The notes under the pieces were generated by a model. It had not been told where the DNA came from. It did no database searches and saw nothing but the letters and a program-made list of their open reading frames with translations. From assembly GCF_006345805.1 (NCBI RefSeq), contig NC_043012.1, positions 34,348,001-34,412,000 on the forward strand: a stretch of DNA of 64,000 nt, in the 5' to 3' direction. Position numbers and translations under genes: made by a program. Shown one piece after another: positions 39,462 to 51,800 of the stretch; within the stretch, counting starts at the first letter, position 1, and each line of letters starts with the position of its first letter. This DNA comes from Octopus sinensis. Taxonomy: Eukaryota.

Positions 39462-39905
39462 CCACCACCACCACCACCACCACCACTACCACCACCACCA
39501 CCACCACCACCACCACCACTACCACCACCACCACTACCACCACCACCACCACCACCACCAATACACACCACCACCACCACTACACCACCACCACCACCAC
39601 CACCACCACCACTACCACCACCACCACTACCACCACTACCACCACCATCACCACCACCACCACACCACCACCACCACCACCAATACCACCACCACCATAC
39701 CACCACCACCACCATACACCACCACCACCAATACACCACCACCACCACCACCACCACCACCACCACCACCACCACCACCACCACTACCACCACCACCACT
39801 ACCACCACCACTACCACCACCTATACCACCACCACCACCACCACCACCACCACCACCACCGCCGCCACCACCGCCACCACCACAACCGCCGCCGCCGCCG
39901 CCGTC
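39462..39905. repeat. Long degenerate (CAC)n/(CCG)n tract; similar tract at 60220-60370
   Basis: Direct reading. Confidence 0.95.
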
Positions 39906-40714
39906 GCACGTTTGGCAGCTAAATCACCGCCATAAAGACTGCAACCATTCACAATAACCATCGCCATGACAGCCAATACGCTTCTTACAGTCACCATTAT
40001 CAACTACATCGTTCTTAAAACGCAAACCCTGAAGCTATTAGACAACAGCTTCTGAGCCCCTCCCATTCTCTATATATTTTTTAGTAACTTTTCTGGTAAA
40101 TTAACTATTTTGCTATCCAGTTTTGTTCACTTGGATTCTTGAAATGGCTTCTGCTGTTACATTTCGAACTGTAATGGCAGTTAGTCTTTTTAGATTTGTT
40201 TTCCTTTTTGTTGCAGCGAATAAACTAAAACAAAGAGTGAACAACTAAAAACACACGGCAAGCCTTTAATGTTTGTAGAAACTCCATTGTTGTCGCTGTA
40301 TTGTAATTTGTTTCCCCCTTTTTTATTTTTGTATTAAGAGGAAGAGTATTTCGATTCATAGAAATACTGTTTGCATTTTCTTAATGAAAAAAAAAACAAA
40401 CTTCTATGCAATTTATAATTGTTACTTATTTTGTAGTTAAAGCAGTTTTGGACAATTTTTCTTCTTCATTGAATGTTCCACTATAATTCAGGCAGGTATA
40501 CACTGTTTTATCAAACGTATTCGGAGTGTATTAGAGGTTATGTAATACGTGTTCACGTGTGGCTTATGCTTGTTTGTTTCCTTAACAAGTTGATACTGTC
40601 GACCAGGACAGTTGCTGTGTTCATGGAAATTAATGTGTTGTCATTAGCTCTATTTCTTTCATAGTAACAACTTTTGAAGTTTTCTATAATTTCTAAATGT
40701 TATCTGCCAGTTAT

Positions 40715-41045
40715 TCATTCTAACTTGAAGATCCACCCACCACACGCGATAGACTGGCGGTTGTTTTCCTCATTCCGTAAACGGTGGCTTTTTTTCGGGT
40801 GGAGAGCTGAACCATCCTGAGGTACGGAGGATTCGCAATCTAGACTAGGGACTGAAAGTTTTACCACACCATAGTGGGTTACAGCATGGTTTCTCTGCTT
40901 TGTGGCAGAAGTAGGAAGAAAGAGTGAGATAAAGTTGTGGTGAAAGAATACGTCGGAGTTCACCATCCCTCCCGGCCGGAGCCTCGTGGAGCTTAGGTGT
41001 TTTTGCTCAATAAACACTCACAATGCCCGGTTTAGGAATCGAAAA
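40715..41045 (-). mobile_element. SINE family C, 5'-truncated, distinct tail
   Basis: Head remnant at 40980-41045 (ctcgtggagcttaggtgtttttgctcaataaacactcacaatgcccgg). Confidence 0.75.
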
Positions 41046-41791
41046 ATTTACCCAAATTTAAGTATTTCATTCGAAAATGATCTTTGATGTTAAATTATGA
41101 CTAATTAAAATCAGATCACCTGAGCGACCAACCCTATCATATTTTTCACCAGAAGATTACCCTAGAAATCAGCAATGGTAAAACTATTGCAAGAATATAT
41201 TCCGCCAGTTCCAAAGAATCTGAATGCTTCTATGACGGAATATTATTGTTATATATGAAAGATGCGACATACTTTTAGTTTCTGAGGACTCTGCGATAGA
41301 GTCGTGTAACAACGTTTAAAGAAGTTTAAAAACATTGGTATTTATGCGAGACTGAAGCATTCTTAGACCAACATCCTTCTTATATCGGATTTTTTTGCCA
41401 AAAGCTATCAGACGTCTCATGCCTTGAAATTCTCTATAATCCTCTGCTCTTCCACCAAATCAATGCATCTCTGTCTGTTGAATGAAAAAAAAAATGATGG
41501 AAGATTACATTGTCTAACTTCTTAAACTGGTTTGTCTCCTTATTTCGTAATCTTGCTAGTTTCACTTGTGTTTAGTATCTATTCACTCTACCCCACACTC
41601 TCTCTCTCTCTCTCACACATACACACACACACATACACACACACACATATATATATACACACATATATATATATACATATACACTTAATCATTTATCTTT
41701 TACTTGTTTTATCTTTTATTTGTTTCAGTCATTTTACTGCAGCCATGCTGAGTTCAAATTCCGCCGAGGTCGACTTTGCCTTTCATCCTTA

Positions 41792-42399
41792 TTGCCCACA
41801 AGGGGCTAAACACAGAGGGGACAAACAAGGACAGACAAAGGAATTAAGTCGATTACATCGACCCTAGTGCGTAACTTGTACTTAATTTAACGACCCCGAA
41901 AGGATGAAAGGTAAAGTCGACCTCGGCGGAATTTGAACTCAGAACGTAATGACAGACGAAATACCTATTTCTTTACTACCCACAAGGGGCTAAACATAGA
42001 GGGGACAAACAAGGACAGACAAACGGATTAAGTCGACAATATCGACCCCAGTGCGCAACTGGTACTTATTTAATCGACCCCGAAAGGATGAAAGGCAAAG
42101 TCAACCTCGGCGGGAATGTGAACGGCTTGCTAACAAGTCTACCAGCTCGCCGACAGACGAAATACCTATTTCTTTACTACCCACAGGGGGCTAAACATAG
42201 AGGGGACAAACAAGGACAGACAAACGGATTAAGTCGATTACATCGACCCCAATGTGTAACTGGTACTTAATTTATCGACCCCGAAAGGATGAAACGCGAA
42301 GTCAACCTCAGCGGAATTTGAACTCAGAACGTAACGGCAGACGAAATACAGATACACATTTCGCCCGGCGTGCTAACGTTTCTGCCAGCTCGCCGCCTT
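41792..42399 (-). mobile_element. SINE family A trimer, with an inverted Nin fragment (41747-41790) at its 3' end
   Basis: gacgaaatac unit boundaries at about 41955, 42156 and 42340; head at 42360-42399. Confidence 0.85.
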
Positions 42400-42709
42400 G
42401 TGTACAAGCTTCTTGCCACACAGCCACACCTGCGCCTATAATATTAAAATTTAGTGAAAAGAAAACATCGATGCCGAACTGAAGAGAGAACTGCAGTTAT
42501 TCCACTCACGCTATTGTTTCAGGTTTCTAATTGCTTTTAGCGGATCACTTGGATTTGTAACAAACTCCATCGGTACGAGTCTTGAAAAGCTGGATTTACC
42601 AAAGTCAGAAAGTATATAGCTAAGCAGGAAAATACAGCTACAGACCATTAAAAGCACTGTTAAAAATATGTGAAATAAAGTTTAGCATGTAGTAAGTGTA
42701 TATACACAG

Positions 42710-43108
42710 ATGTGCCGTGCTAATAGGGTGCCAAGAGCACCATCCGAGCGTGATCGTTGCCAGAGCAGCCAACTGGCTCCGTGCCGGTGGCACGTAAAAG
42801 GGCACCATTCGAGCGTGATCGTTACCAACGTCGCTTCACTGGCACCTGTGCCGGTGGCACGTGTAAAAAGATTCGAGCGAGGTCGTTGCCAGTGCCGCCT
42901 CGCCTGGCACCTCTGCCAGTGGCACGTAAAAAGCACCCACTACACTCTCGGAGTGGTTGGCGTTAAGAAGGGCATCCGGCTGTAGAAGCTCTGCCAGATC
43001 AGGATTGGAGCCTGATGTGACCGTCTGGTTCTCCAGCCTTCAGTCAAAATCGTCCAACCCATGCTAGCATGGAAGGCGGACGTTAAACGATGAGGATGAT
43101 GATGATGT
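42710..43108 (+). mobile_element. RTE-tailed SINE-like element with three ~65-bp tandem units
   Basis: Repeats gagcg(t/a)g(a/g)tcgtt...gtgcc(g/a)gtggcacgt; RTE-type end ggcgttaagaagggcatcc...gcatggaaggcggacgttaaacgatga(t/g)gatgatgat. Confidence 0.78.
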
Positions 43109-43493
43109 AGGCAGGCAAACATGTTTCTTTGCACATACATAAACCAAAACATCCACATCCACACAATGACACCCAAAACTATACATATGTGTATGCGTAT
43201 ATATGCATACGTACACATGTACTTGCACCCATACATACACACACAGACACACTCAGAACGTCTCCGTAGAGGTTATCTAAATTCCAATGAAAGAGTCTGG
43301 TTTTCTTGGCAAGAAACTAGTTCTTTCTCCATTGGTGAGAAATTCGAAAAATAAATCAGAAAAGCATACAAGCGTACTCACATATGCACACAGATATACA
43401 TAAATATACACACATATACATACGCACAAACATCGATATACATACAAACATATACATGCCTACACAAATACATATACATACATACACATGTGC

Positions 43494-43565
<72 letters not shown>

Positions 43566-44139
43566 TATATACTAACTGACACATATTCATGCACACATAC
43601 ATATCCACCTACACACATACAATCATAGATCGATGCTAAATCGGTCATAACTTTGTGGTAGATCTAAGTATCGAACCAGTATTAGCTCCGGAAAGCGATC
43701 AATGTAATCGGTTAGCAGTGATTAAGATAGTCATCTAAGCAAATGTCTGGACGTTTTACTACCGATTGTTTAATATTTCCCCACAGTTCTCTCTTGTTTG
43801 TTCTTATTATTACGTTGTCTTCTTTTTTATTGCTTTCGTTATTTTTCCTCCTTATCAATTTATTAATATTGGGTGGTGAAGACTTGAGAAAATAATATTA
43901 GCGTAAAGGTTTGACAAAAAATTATATTTGGTTACGTCGGTTTTCCCTTCTGTTCAAATTTCAAGTTCCATCGTCATCGATTTAGCATTTTAAGTGCAGC
44001 AGGCAGGAAAATCTATCAAAATATTGGGCTTCATGCATTTGTAAGAAATTCTTTTTTTTATACGGTGGTGGTTAGAAATATGTTTGTTTGAGTCATAAAT
44101 AATCCGAGTGACGATAAAATGCAAGTCACAAATATTGGT

Positions 44140-44449
44140 GGAGGCACATGGCCTAGTGGTTAGAGCAGCGAACTCGCGGTTGAGGGTTCGCGGGTTCGAA
44201 TCTCAGACCGGACGATGTGTGTGTTTATGAGCGAATCACCTAAGCTCCACGCGGCTCCGGCAGAAGGTAATGGCGAAACTTCGGCTAACTCTTTCGCCAC
44301 AACTTTCTCTCACTCTTTCCTCCTGCATCTTGCAGCTCACCTGCGAAGGACCGGCGTCCTGTCCAGGTGGAGAACCTATACGCCAAGGAAACCGGGAAAC
44401 CGGCCCTTATGAGCCAGGCATGGCTTGAGAAGGAACAAACAAAAATATT
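44140..44449 (+). mobile_element. SINE family C, complete, with TSD
   Basis: TSD caaatattggt at 44129-44139 and 44450-44460; body matches the arms of the 27721-28642 fold-back. Confidence 0.9.
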
Positions 44450-44819
44450 CAAATATTGGTTACAAGAACAGTGGGAAAAGGGGGAGAGGGGAACGGGGTA
44501 AGGTTGGGTGGGAGTATTGCATTTACAGTGTTATGTCATGTGTTTCTGAACTCTGAAAGATATTCAACAGATAAAATAAAGGAATACCAAGTTCAAGCCC
44601 ATGTTCTTTCCTTTCATTATTAGTGTGCTCTTTGTATTACGTTCTAGCCCTCGTTAGACGGCATAGAACACGGTATGATCACGTACAAGGGGAAGTTTAA
44701 TGTGATTAAAAATAAGAGCAGAAGCCTGAACGATGAAATTGTCTCGTACTAAAAGCATTCGATCATACTTATGCGCGCGCGTGTTTGTGTATACACGCCT
44801 CACAGTCACTGGTATGTCT

Positions 44820-44945
44820 TAACCGTCCATCGAACGTACCCTGAAGGCCCTCCATAGGTTCTTTAAGAATTATAATCTTTCTATTCTCATTCGAAAATAG
44901 CACTAAAGTAGCTAACTTCTTAGATGTAACTCTTGACTACCGAAT
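44820..44945 (+). mobile_element. Small Penelope-like (Naiad-type) RT fragment
   Basis: Translates (with a frameshift) as FKNYNLSI..ENSTKVANFLDVTLD, resembling the conserved VNFLDVTL motif. Confidence 0.6.
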
Positions 44946-45239
44946 GAGTCGTTATAATATATAAAAGTCGTTATAATATATTTTTAAAGTTACAGCTGTC
45001 TTTCTTACGAAGGGATTATAAACTGCATACATATTGTTTATGTTGAAATTTCTTCGTAGTCTCAAGTTCTGCTGGTTACCGATTCAGAAGGCCAGATGTA
45101 GATGTCAGAATAGGCACTGCAAAAGTGTTGTGACTGATATACATGTTACAACCTACTTTAGTAAAATGTTACTACCTACTTTAAGTAACTGTATCTGCGC
45201 TTTCCTGCACCGTTCTCAACATGGAATAATTTTATTACC

Positions 45240-45469
45240 TATTTCTTTACTACCCACAAGGGGCTAAACACAGAGAGGACAAACAAGGACAGACAAACAG
45301 ATTAAGTCGATTGTATCGACTCCAGTGCGTAACTGGTACTTAATTTATCGACCTCGAAAGGATGAAAGGCAAAGTCGACCTCAGTGGAATTTGAACTCAG
45401 AACGTAGCGGCAGACGAAATACGGCTACGCATTTCGCCCGGCGTGCTAACGTTTCTGCCAGCTCGCCGC
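45240..45469 (-). mobile_element. SINE family A monomer
   Basis: Full head, Nin core and tail; flanking duplication ttac(c/t)ctatt. Confidence 0.87.
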
Positions 45470-45489
45470 CCTTACTCTATTACCGTCAT

Positions 45490-45640
45490 TAAAGTCTTCG
45501 ATGAGGCCGAAGCGATGAACATCGAGACCGTTTAAATATCAGCTGAGCTGGACAAGATGAAGGATCGTTGCCTACTTGAGGTTCTGCTGCATGGAGAATT
45601 CTCTACTGGGAAGCGTGACACAGAGGCACGAAATACAAGT
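45490..45640 (+). mobile_element. RTE-clade LINE ORF2 C-terminal fragment
   Basis: KVFDEAEAMNIETV*ISAEL...MKDRCLLEVLLHGEFSTGKR resembles the RTE post-RT region. Confidence 0.6.
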
Positions 45641-45970
45641 CACAAATAATGTTTGAAAGTTTACCATGTTTGACCATCACCAATGGCTTACAAAAACTTT
45701 CATTCCCGAACTGTACGCCACACAATTCACCAATTATTCTCACCCTTCGATAACGCAACGCAGGGTTAATCTCGAAGACAAAAGGCGATTCAGAACTCAG
45801 AGACAAAGTTATTGATCAGCTTTGTTAAAGCTATTCTAAACATACATAACACACACGCATATATACACACACATATACAAATACACACGCGAGCGCGCAT
45901 ACATGCACACGCACATACACGTGCGCGCGCACATCCACACCCATCTATATTCATGTATATATTGATAAAG

Positions 45971-46590
45971 GTTTGGTAAGAAGTTTGCTTCCTAATCACA
46001 TAGTTCTGGGTTCAGTCCCACTGCATGGCACCTTGGGCAAGTGTCTTCTACTATAGCCTTGGGCCAACCAAAGCCTTGTGAGTGGATCTGATAGACGGAA
46101 ACTGAGAGAAGCCTGTCGTGTGTGTGTATGTGTGTATATATATATATATATATGTGTGTATGTGCGTTTGTGTATGTCTCTGTTTTCTCTCAACCCCACC
46201 GATTGAAAACCGTTGTTGGTATGTTTACGTCCCCGTAATCTAGCGATTTGGTAAAAAAGGACTAGGTTTCTATAAAAAATAAGTACTGAAAACAATTTCT
46301 TCGACTAAAACTCTTAAAAGCGGTGCTCCAGCATAGCTGTAATTTAGATGAAACAAAAAATAAATGATACATACAACCGTTACCACGCCGGGCGAAATGC
46401 TTAGCGGTATTTCGTCTGCCGTTACGTTCTGAGTTCAAATTCCGCCGAGGTCGACTTTGCCTTTCATCCTTTCGGGGTCGATAAATTAAGTACCAGTTAC
46501 GCACTGGTGTCGATATAATCGACTTAGTTCGTTTGTTTGTCCTTGTTTGTCCCCTGTATGTTTAGCCCCTTGTGGGTAGTAAAGAAACAG
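45971..46590 (+). mobile_element. SINE family B copy followed by a 5'-truncated SINE A
   Basis: Family B head and tail at 45971-46365; family A at 46385-46590. Confidence 0.8.
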
Positions 46591-46622
46591 ATACATACAT
46601 ATAAACACACACACAAACACAA

Positions 46623-46671
<49 letters not shown>

Positions 46672-47175
46672 CATGTGGACACGCCATATACATATACGTA
46701 AGAGCGTATATAAGTGTAATCATATTAGCAGTTGTACAAGTTTTCACTGAGGATCTATCTAATCCTCCCATTTATGGATGACCAGATGTATCAATTAGTT
46801 TTGCGGTTTTTATAATATTGGAATGCACACACACACACACACACACAAACACGTATATGTGTGTGTGCGCGCGTCTGTGTATTATAATATATATATATAA
46901 ATGTACAGTGCGATTATTATGTGTATATATCTGACAATATGAATATATATATTATAGTTAAGCTCTCTCTCTCTCTCCCTCTCCCCCGACCCCCACAAAT
47001 ATAGGCGTGCTTTCAAATACGCCCATATGCATATCTATATTTGATAAAAATTCTCTGAATTATTCATGTTTTGAAAGCGATATCTTATAGTGCGATATAT
47101 ATTCTTATCTAAGTCACATGTGCACACACGCATACATGCATTCTGTCATAGATAGACATAGAAATACGCATACAT

Positions 47176-47300
<125 letters not shown>

Positions 47301-47332
47301 TATATATATTATATATATATATATATATTATA

Positions 47333-47413
<81 letters not shown>

Positions 47414-47919
47414 ATGTTGCTTGAGCTTAAAGTTAACGATAAAATGTTATCTATATACATACATTGATTGACAAAATGGTTATTTTTAAAACGCTGATAT
47501 TTTTGAGCAAGAATTCGGCTAATGGAATCAATCAAAAACTGTTGCTACGTTATATTTCGGTGTTATATTTGCCTCATCGTTCCGGGTTCGAATATTGATC
47601 GTATTAATTAGTTTTCTAGCTTTTGAAATAGTTACTGCAATGTGTCGTGGTCGTAATAATAGTACTACAAGCAGTTATATTTTTAAGGACTCGTTCAAAC
47701 ACCCTAAAATAACATGAAAATATGGGGATTACAAAATATATACGTCTGAACAAATTTATAGAAAAATCTAGTCAATGTGTAAGGACGTTATGCAATGGAA
47801 GTGTTAAAAAATTAATAAAAGTACAAAATGAATATAATATTTGAAACAATATGGAGGCGGCTCGCTGGTATAGTCTTTAACTGGTATAATTGTTAACTGG
47901 TATAATCGTTAGCATGCTG

Positions 47920-48295
47920 GGAATTTTGTCCGTCCTCACGTTCTGAGTTCAAATTTCGTCAGGGTCGGTTTTGACTTTTATTCCTTTCGGGGTCGATTAA
48001 ATAAGTGCCAGTTACGCACAGGGGTCGATATAGTCGACTTAATCCCTGTGTCTGTCCTTGTTTGTCCTCTCTGTGTTTAGCTCCCTGTGGGTAGTAAAGA
48101 AATAGGTATAATCGTTAGCATGCTGGGAATTTTGTCCGTCCTTGCGTTCTGAGTTTAAATTCCGTCAGGGTCGGTTTTGACTTTTATTCCTTTTGGGATT
48201 GATTAAGTAAGTACAAGTTGACCACTGGGGCGGTCGATGTAATTGACTTGGGATCTTCCACACCAAACAGCTGGCCTTGTGCCAAAATTTGAAAC
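47920..48295 (+). mobile_element. SINE family A dimer, older subfamily
   Basis: Two units beginning gtataatcgttagcatgctgggaattttgtccgtcc. Confidence 0.8.
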
Positions 48296-50559
48296 TATAT
48301 AAGTTAATTTAAAAAACACGAAAAGCATTTCTGGTAATCTTTCCACACAAGGGTCCTTCTACCTGTGTAGGTGGCCTATGCTGAGTTTGATCACTCTACT
48401 ATACTAATTTCCCGCTACTCCCGCTATACCCGAAGGTGCCCCTAATCTCTTACATCCTTTAAAAAATTGTGCAATGTTAACATAAAGACCTGCTGTGTGA
48501 TTTTTATTAGGGGCCTATTACCTGTGATCCCTACAAAATCGGAACCTGTCTCTTCCTCAGTTAACGTATTGATATACAACAACCTGCTACTCAAGCTCAA
48601 TTTCCAAATCTTCCTTAAAATACGGTTTACATATCTTCCTTAAACACTGGTTATGACTGGAGATGTGCCTCGGCTTCTTGGTCAGATCCTGGGACTAAGG
48701 AAGGGACGATCTATTTCGATAATTTCAGAACTTCACTCATTAATACTCTAAGAATGGCTGCCTCCTCAGACTGTAGTTGTTGTTGTTTCTGTTATTTGAG
48801 CTTTTCAAGCTCTTCTGCACAAGGAAACCTAACATGGACATTAGCATCATATATAAGTAGCCACTGGGATTTATACTCTGAACAATCAGTCATTTTCTCT
48901 CGCCATAACTTCGTAATCGTTGTGTGGTCTTATGGGATCATGAGGGCTTATATGTACATAGAAACACCTTTCAACCATAAGATATGGACGGATGGTCAGC
49001 ACTGACCATCTGTCCATATTGTTCTACGAAGGTGGCCACGAGTTAGATATGAATGTTGTCATCGATAACTTTTAATGAAACTTGGTCTTCCTTCCTCCTG
49101 AATAGTTTGAAGTTAGTATATGGTCTGGTATGTGAGATCCTAACGGGGCTTACCCCTTTGCTCTATTCTCAGTTTTAAGGGCAACGTATTGTGCCATATG
49201 TCTTCTCTCACATCTCTCATGAAGTTAGCCCTCGCCAATTCACGGACCAGCGGGAGCAAGCTTCAGCTGGTTTCCGAAGTATATAAGGGAGCACCCTGTC
49301 ATGTTGGTAATGAAAAAGGGTTCAGTTTTCTTGTCCTTCACGCCTTGTGACACCTTGTAAAAATGTCTTTGTTTTTGTTATAGAATGCTATACATCTCTC
49401 TTTCATCTAAGTGGTACATGTTTAGAACTTGTCTAGGAGAAAACAAAAATGCTTCTCCACTGAATTTTTCATTGTTACTTTTATTTGGGTGTGGGATGTT
49501 ATTTCAGCCTTGCCAAGGATCATATGTTTTGTTAGATCTTCTTTTGAGAAAGAATGTACATCTTCATACACACACACACACACACACACACCACACACAC
49601 ACACACACACACGTACACACACATGCACACATACATACACATACGCATGGAAAATGTGAACATTTTCTTTACTCTTAATAAAGTTCTGTTCATTTTCGTC
49701 ATGTGATAAATAAAACAAAAAACTGTGAACATTTACTACACTAAATAGTTGAGGTTTTCATTTCGTACTCCAGATCGTGGAAAAACATCCAAAAGAATTA
49801 ACTGGGAAAAATCATTACAATATTTACTTTAGATTAAATCAAATATTTTCACTTTTGGCATTTTTGTAAGTTTTAATAAAGAAAAATATAAAACTGCACA
49901 GTAGAGCAACAACCTATTTAGCAATGTGTAAGAAAAAGAAAAGTGAATTTAATGAAAAATAAATAAATAATTACATGACCAGGATTTCCATTAGTGAAAC
50001 TGCTGGTTGCAGAGACAGAGACAGTGGCTTTAACACTGATAATTATTCAAGCAACTGGAATAATCCGATATTGCACTTTAAGATATGTTGGTGATTTATT
50101 TCTATTTATTTCTATTTATAGCCTGATTTTTCTAAAACAAAGAAAATACTTTTTAAAATATACGCAACGAATCTAATGATTTTCTTTGAAGATATCTTTC
50201 AGAGTCGATAAAACAAGTATCGGTTGAGTATTGGGGATGGATCGACTATACCCTTTCCCCCAAGTATCGGTTGAGTATTGGGGATGGATCGACTATACCC
50301 TTTCCCCCAAATTTCGGGGCTTGTGCCTATTATAGAAAGGGGTTATTATTAATGCGGTGAGCTAACAGAATCGTTAGCGCGTCGGACAAAACGCTGAGCG
50401 GCATTTCTTCCGGCTCTTTACGTTCTAAGTTCGAATACTACCAAGCTCGACTTTACCTTTCATCCTTTTGGAGTTGATAAGGCAAGTACCAATGGAACAT
50501 TGAAGTTGATGTAAGCGACTTTCTCCTTCTCTTAAATTTGCTGACCAAATTATTGGTCG

Positions 50560-51800
50560 GCAAGAATGATCGTCTCCAATTCAACCTCAACAATTACTTT
50601 GCCCACTCCATTGACTTCCTAGTTTTCACCAACTGTTCCTGCCCTACTCAACTATGCTGCCGTCCACTGATTCCAAGCTCTCCATTTTGGACCGCTATAT
50701 TTATTTGTCTCAACTTCCTGTTTTCTACCTACACCTCCTACAATTTCTCGTTTCGTAGCCATTCACATTTAATAGTTCAACTGACTTTTATTTGACTTCG
50801 CACATATTGAAGTCGGTCCTCCAACCTGCTGACTTAACAAGTACCACCGTTGGGCCTGCATCCGTCACACCTTCACGTATATCTATTAATACCCGCTGTC
50901 TTACCAATTCGCTAAAGTTGAGCATTCGATCCTTGGTAGATAGTCATTATATTATACTCTTCACCCCGTCCGTGGACGACTTTCGGATCCGGATCGACAC
51001 CGAGCAGTCCTGTATCGTACCCTGCTGCGTACATCCATTTATGACATACTTAACTTTCTGATCTAGGCCAGCTTATCTCCTCTCCCTTTTTGCCTAATCT
51101 CATTGTTTGTAAGTCACATAGCTTCACCATGACTTCATCTTCGACTTTCATATGGTTAACGCAGTCTGTCATACTCTTGTTATTGTTTACGACTTGCCTC
51201 TAATGATTCCCAGTTCTCTATATTGGGCTTACTATCACACACAGATGGCACTAACCACCACCTTTTCAGCTCCTTCTCCTCCTTACTTGTGTTTTCTTAG
51301 CTATTTTAAACCCGAACGTTAAGTCCTTCTATTGTCATATCCAAAACCTCAAATTCTTGCTGCACCGTTGCTCTGCGTTCGAATCCTTCTCCTATAATCT
51401 CTTCTGCCTAGAACTTGTCTTCATTCCCAGTTATTCTTTTCTGGGCAGTGTTTTACCAACAGTTTAATAGCGATGCCTTCTATTCCACCACCTTCTCCCT
51501 CTCACCATTCCGAAAAACTTTCTTCTCTTTAATCTGACCGTAATACCTCCAGAATTTTTTCCGAAGACATTTTCCTTCCTTCAGACGGGGTCACAACCCG
51601 GTCGACCTTTTACCCCCAACAATTTCTTGCCTCATCTAACCAGGATCCTTTACCTGATCCTGCTTCTCTTATAACAAGTCTTTGCGTCCAGAATATCAGG
51701 TAGCCTCTCTACAAAGGTCTAGGTCTTTTTTTCAAGTCAGGGGCCATTTTACTCGCTCCTTCAAAACTTTGTCATCTCCTTTATCAAATGGCAACTTCGT
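50560..51800 (-). mobile_element. Heavily degraded LTR-retrotransposon (Gypsy-like) pol
   Basis: GC above background; weak motif GAEKVVVSAI resembling GxxNVVADALSR; many stops. Confidence 0.4.

Noticed and set aside
41792-42399. Regular repeat array superficially like CRISPR
   Set aside because: Eukaryotic tandem SINE units with no unique spacers and no cas genes.
50068-50090. TATTGCACTT (miR-92-like 5' end)
   Set aside because: The remainder does not match miR-92 and no precursor hairpin is evident.
50214-50310. 47-bp direct tandem duplication
   Set aside because: Local slippage within an old SINE tail; no sign of function.
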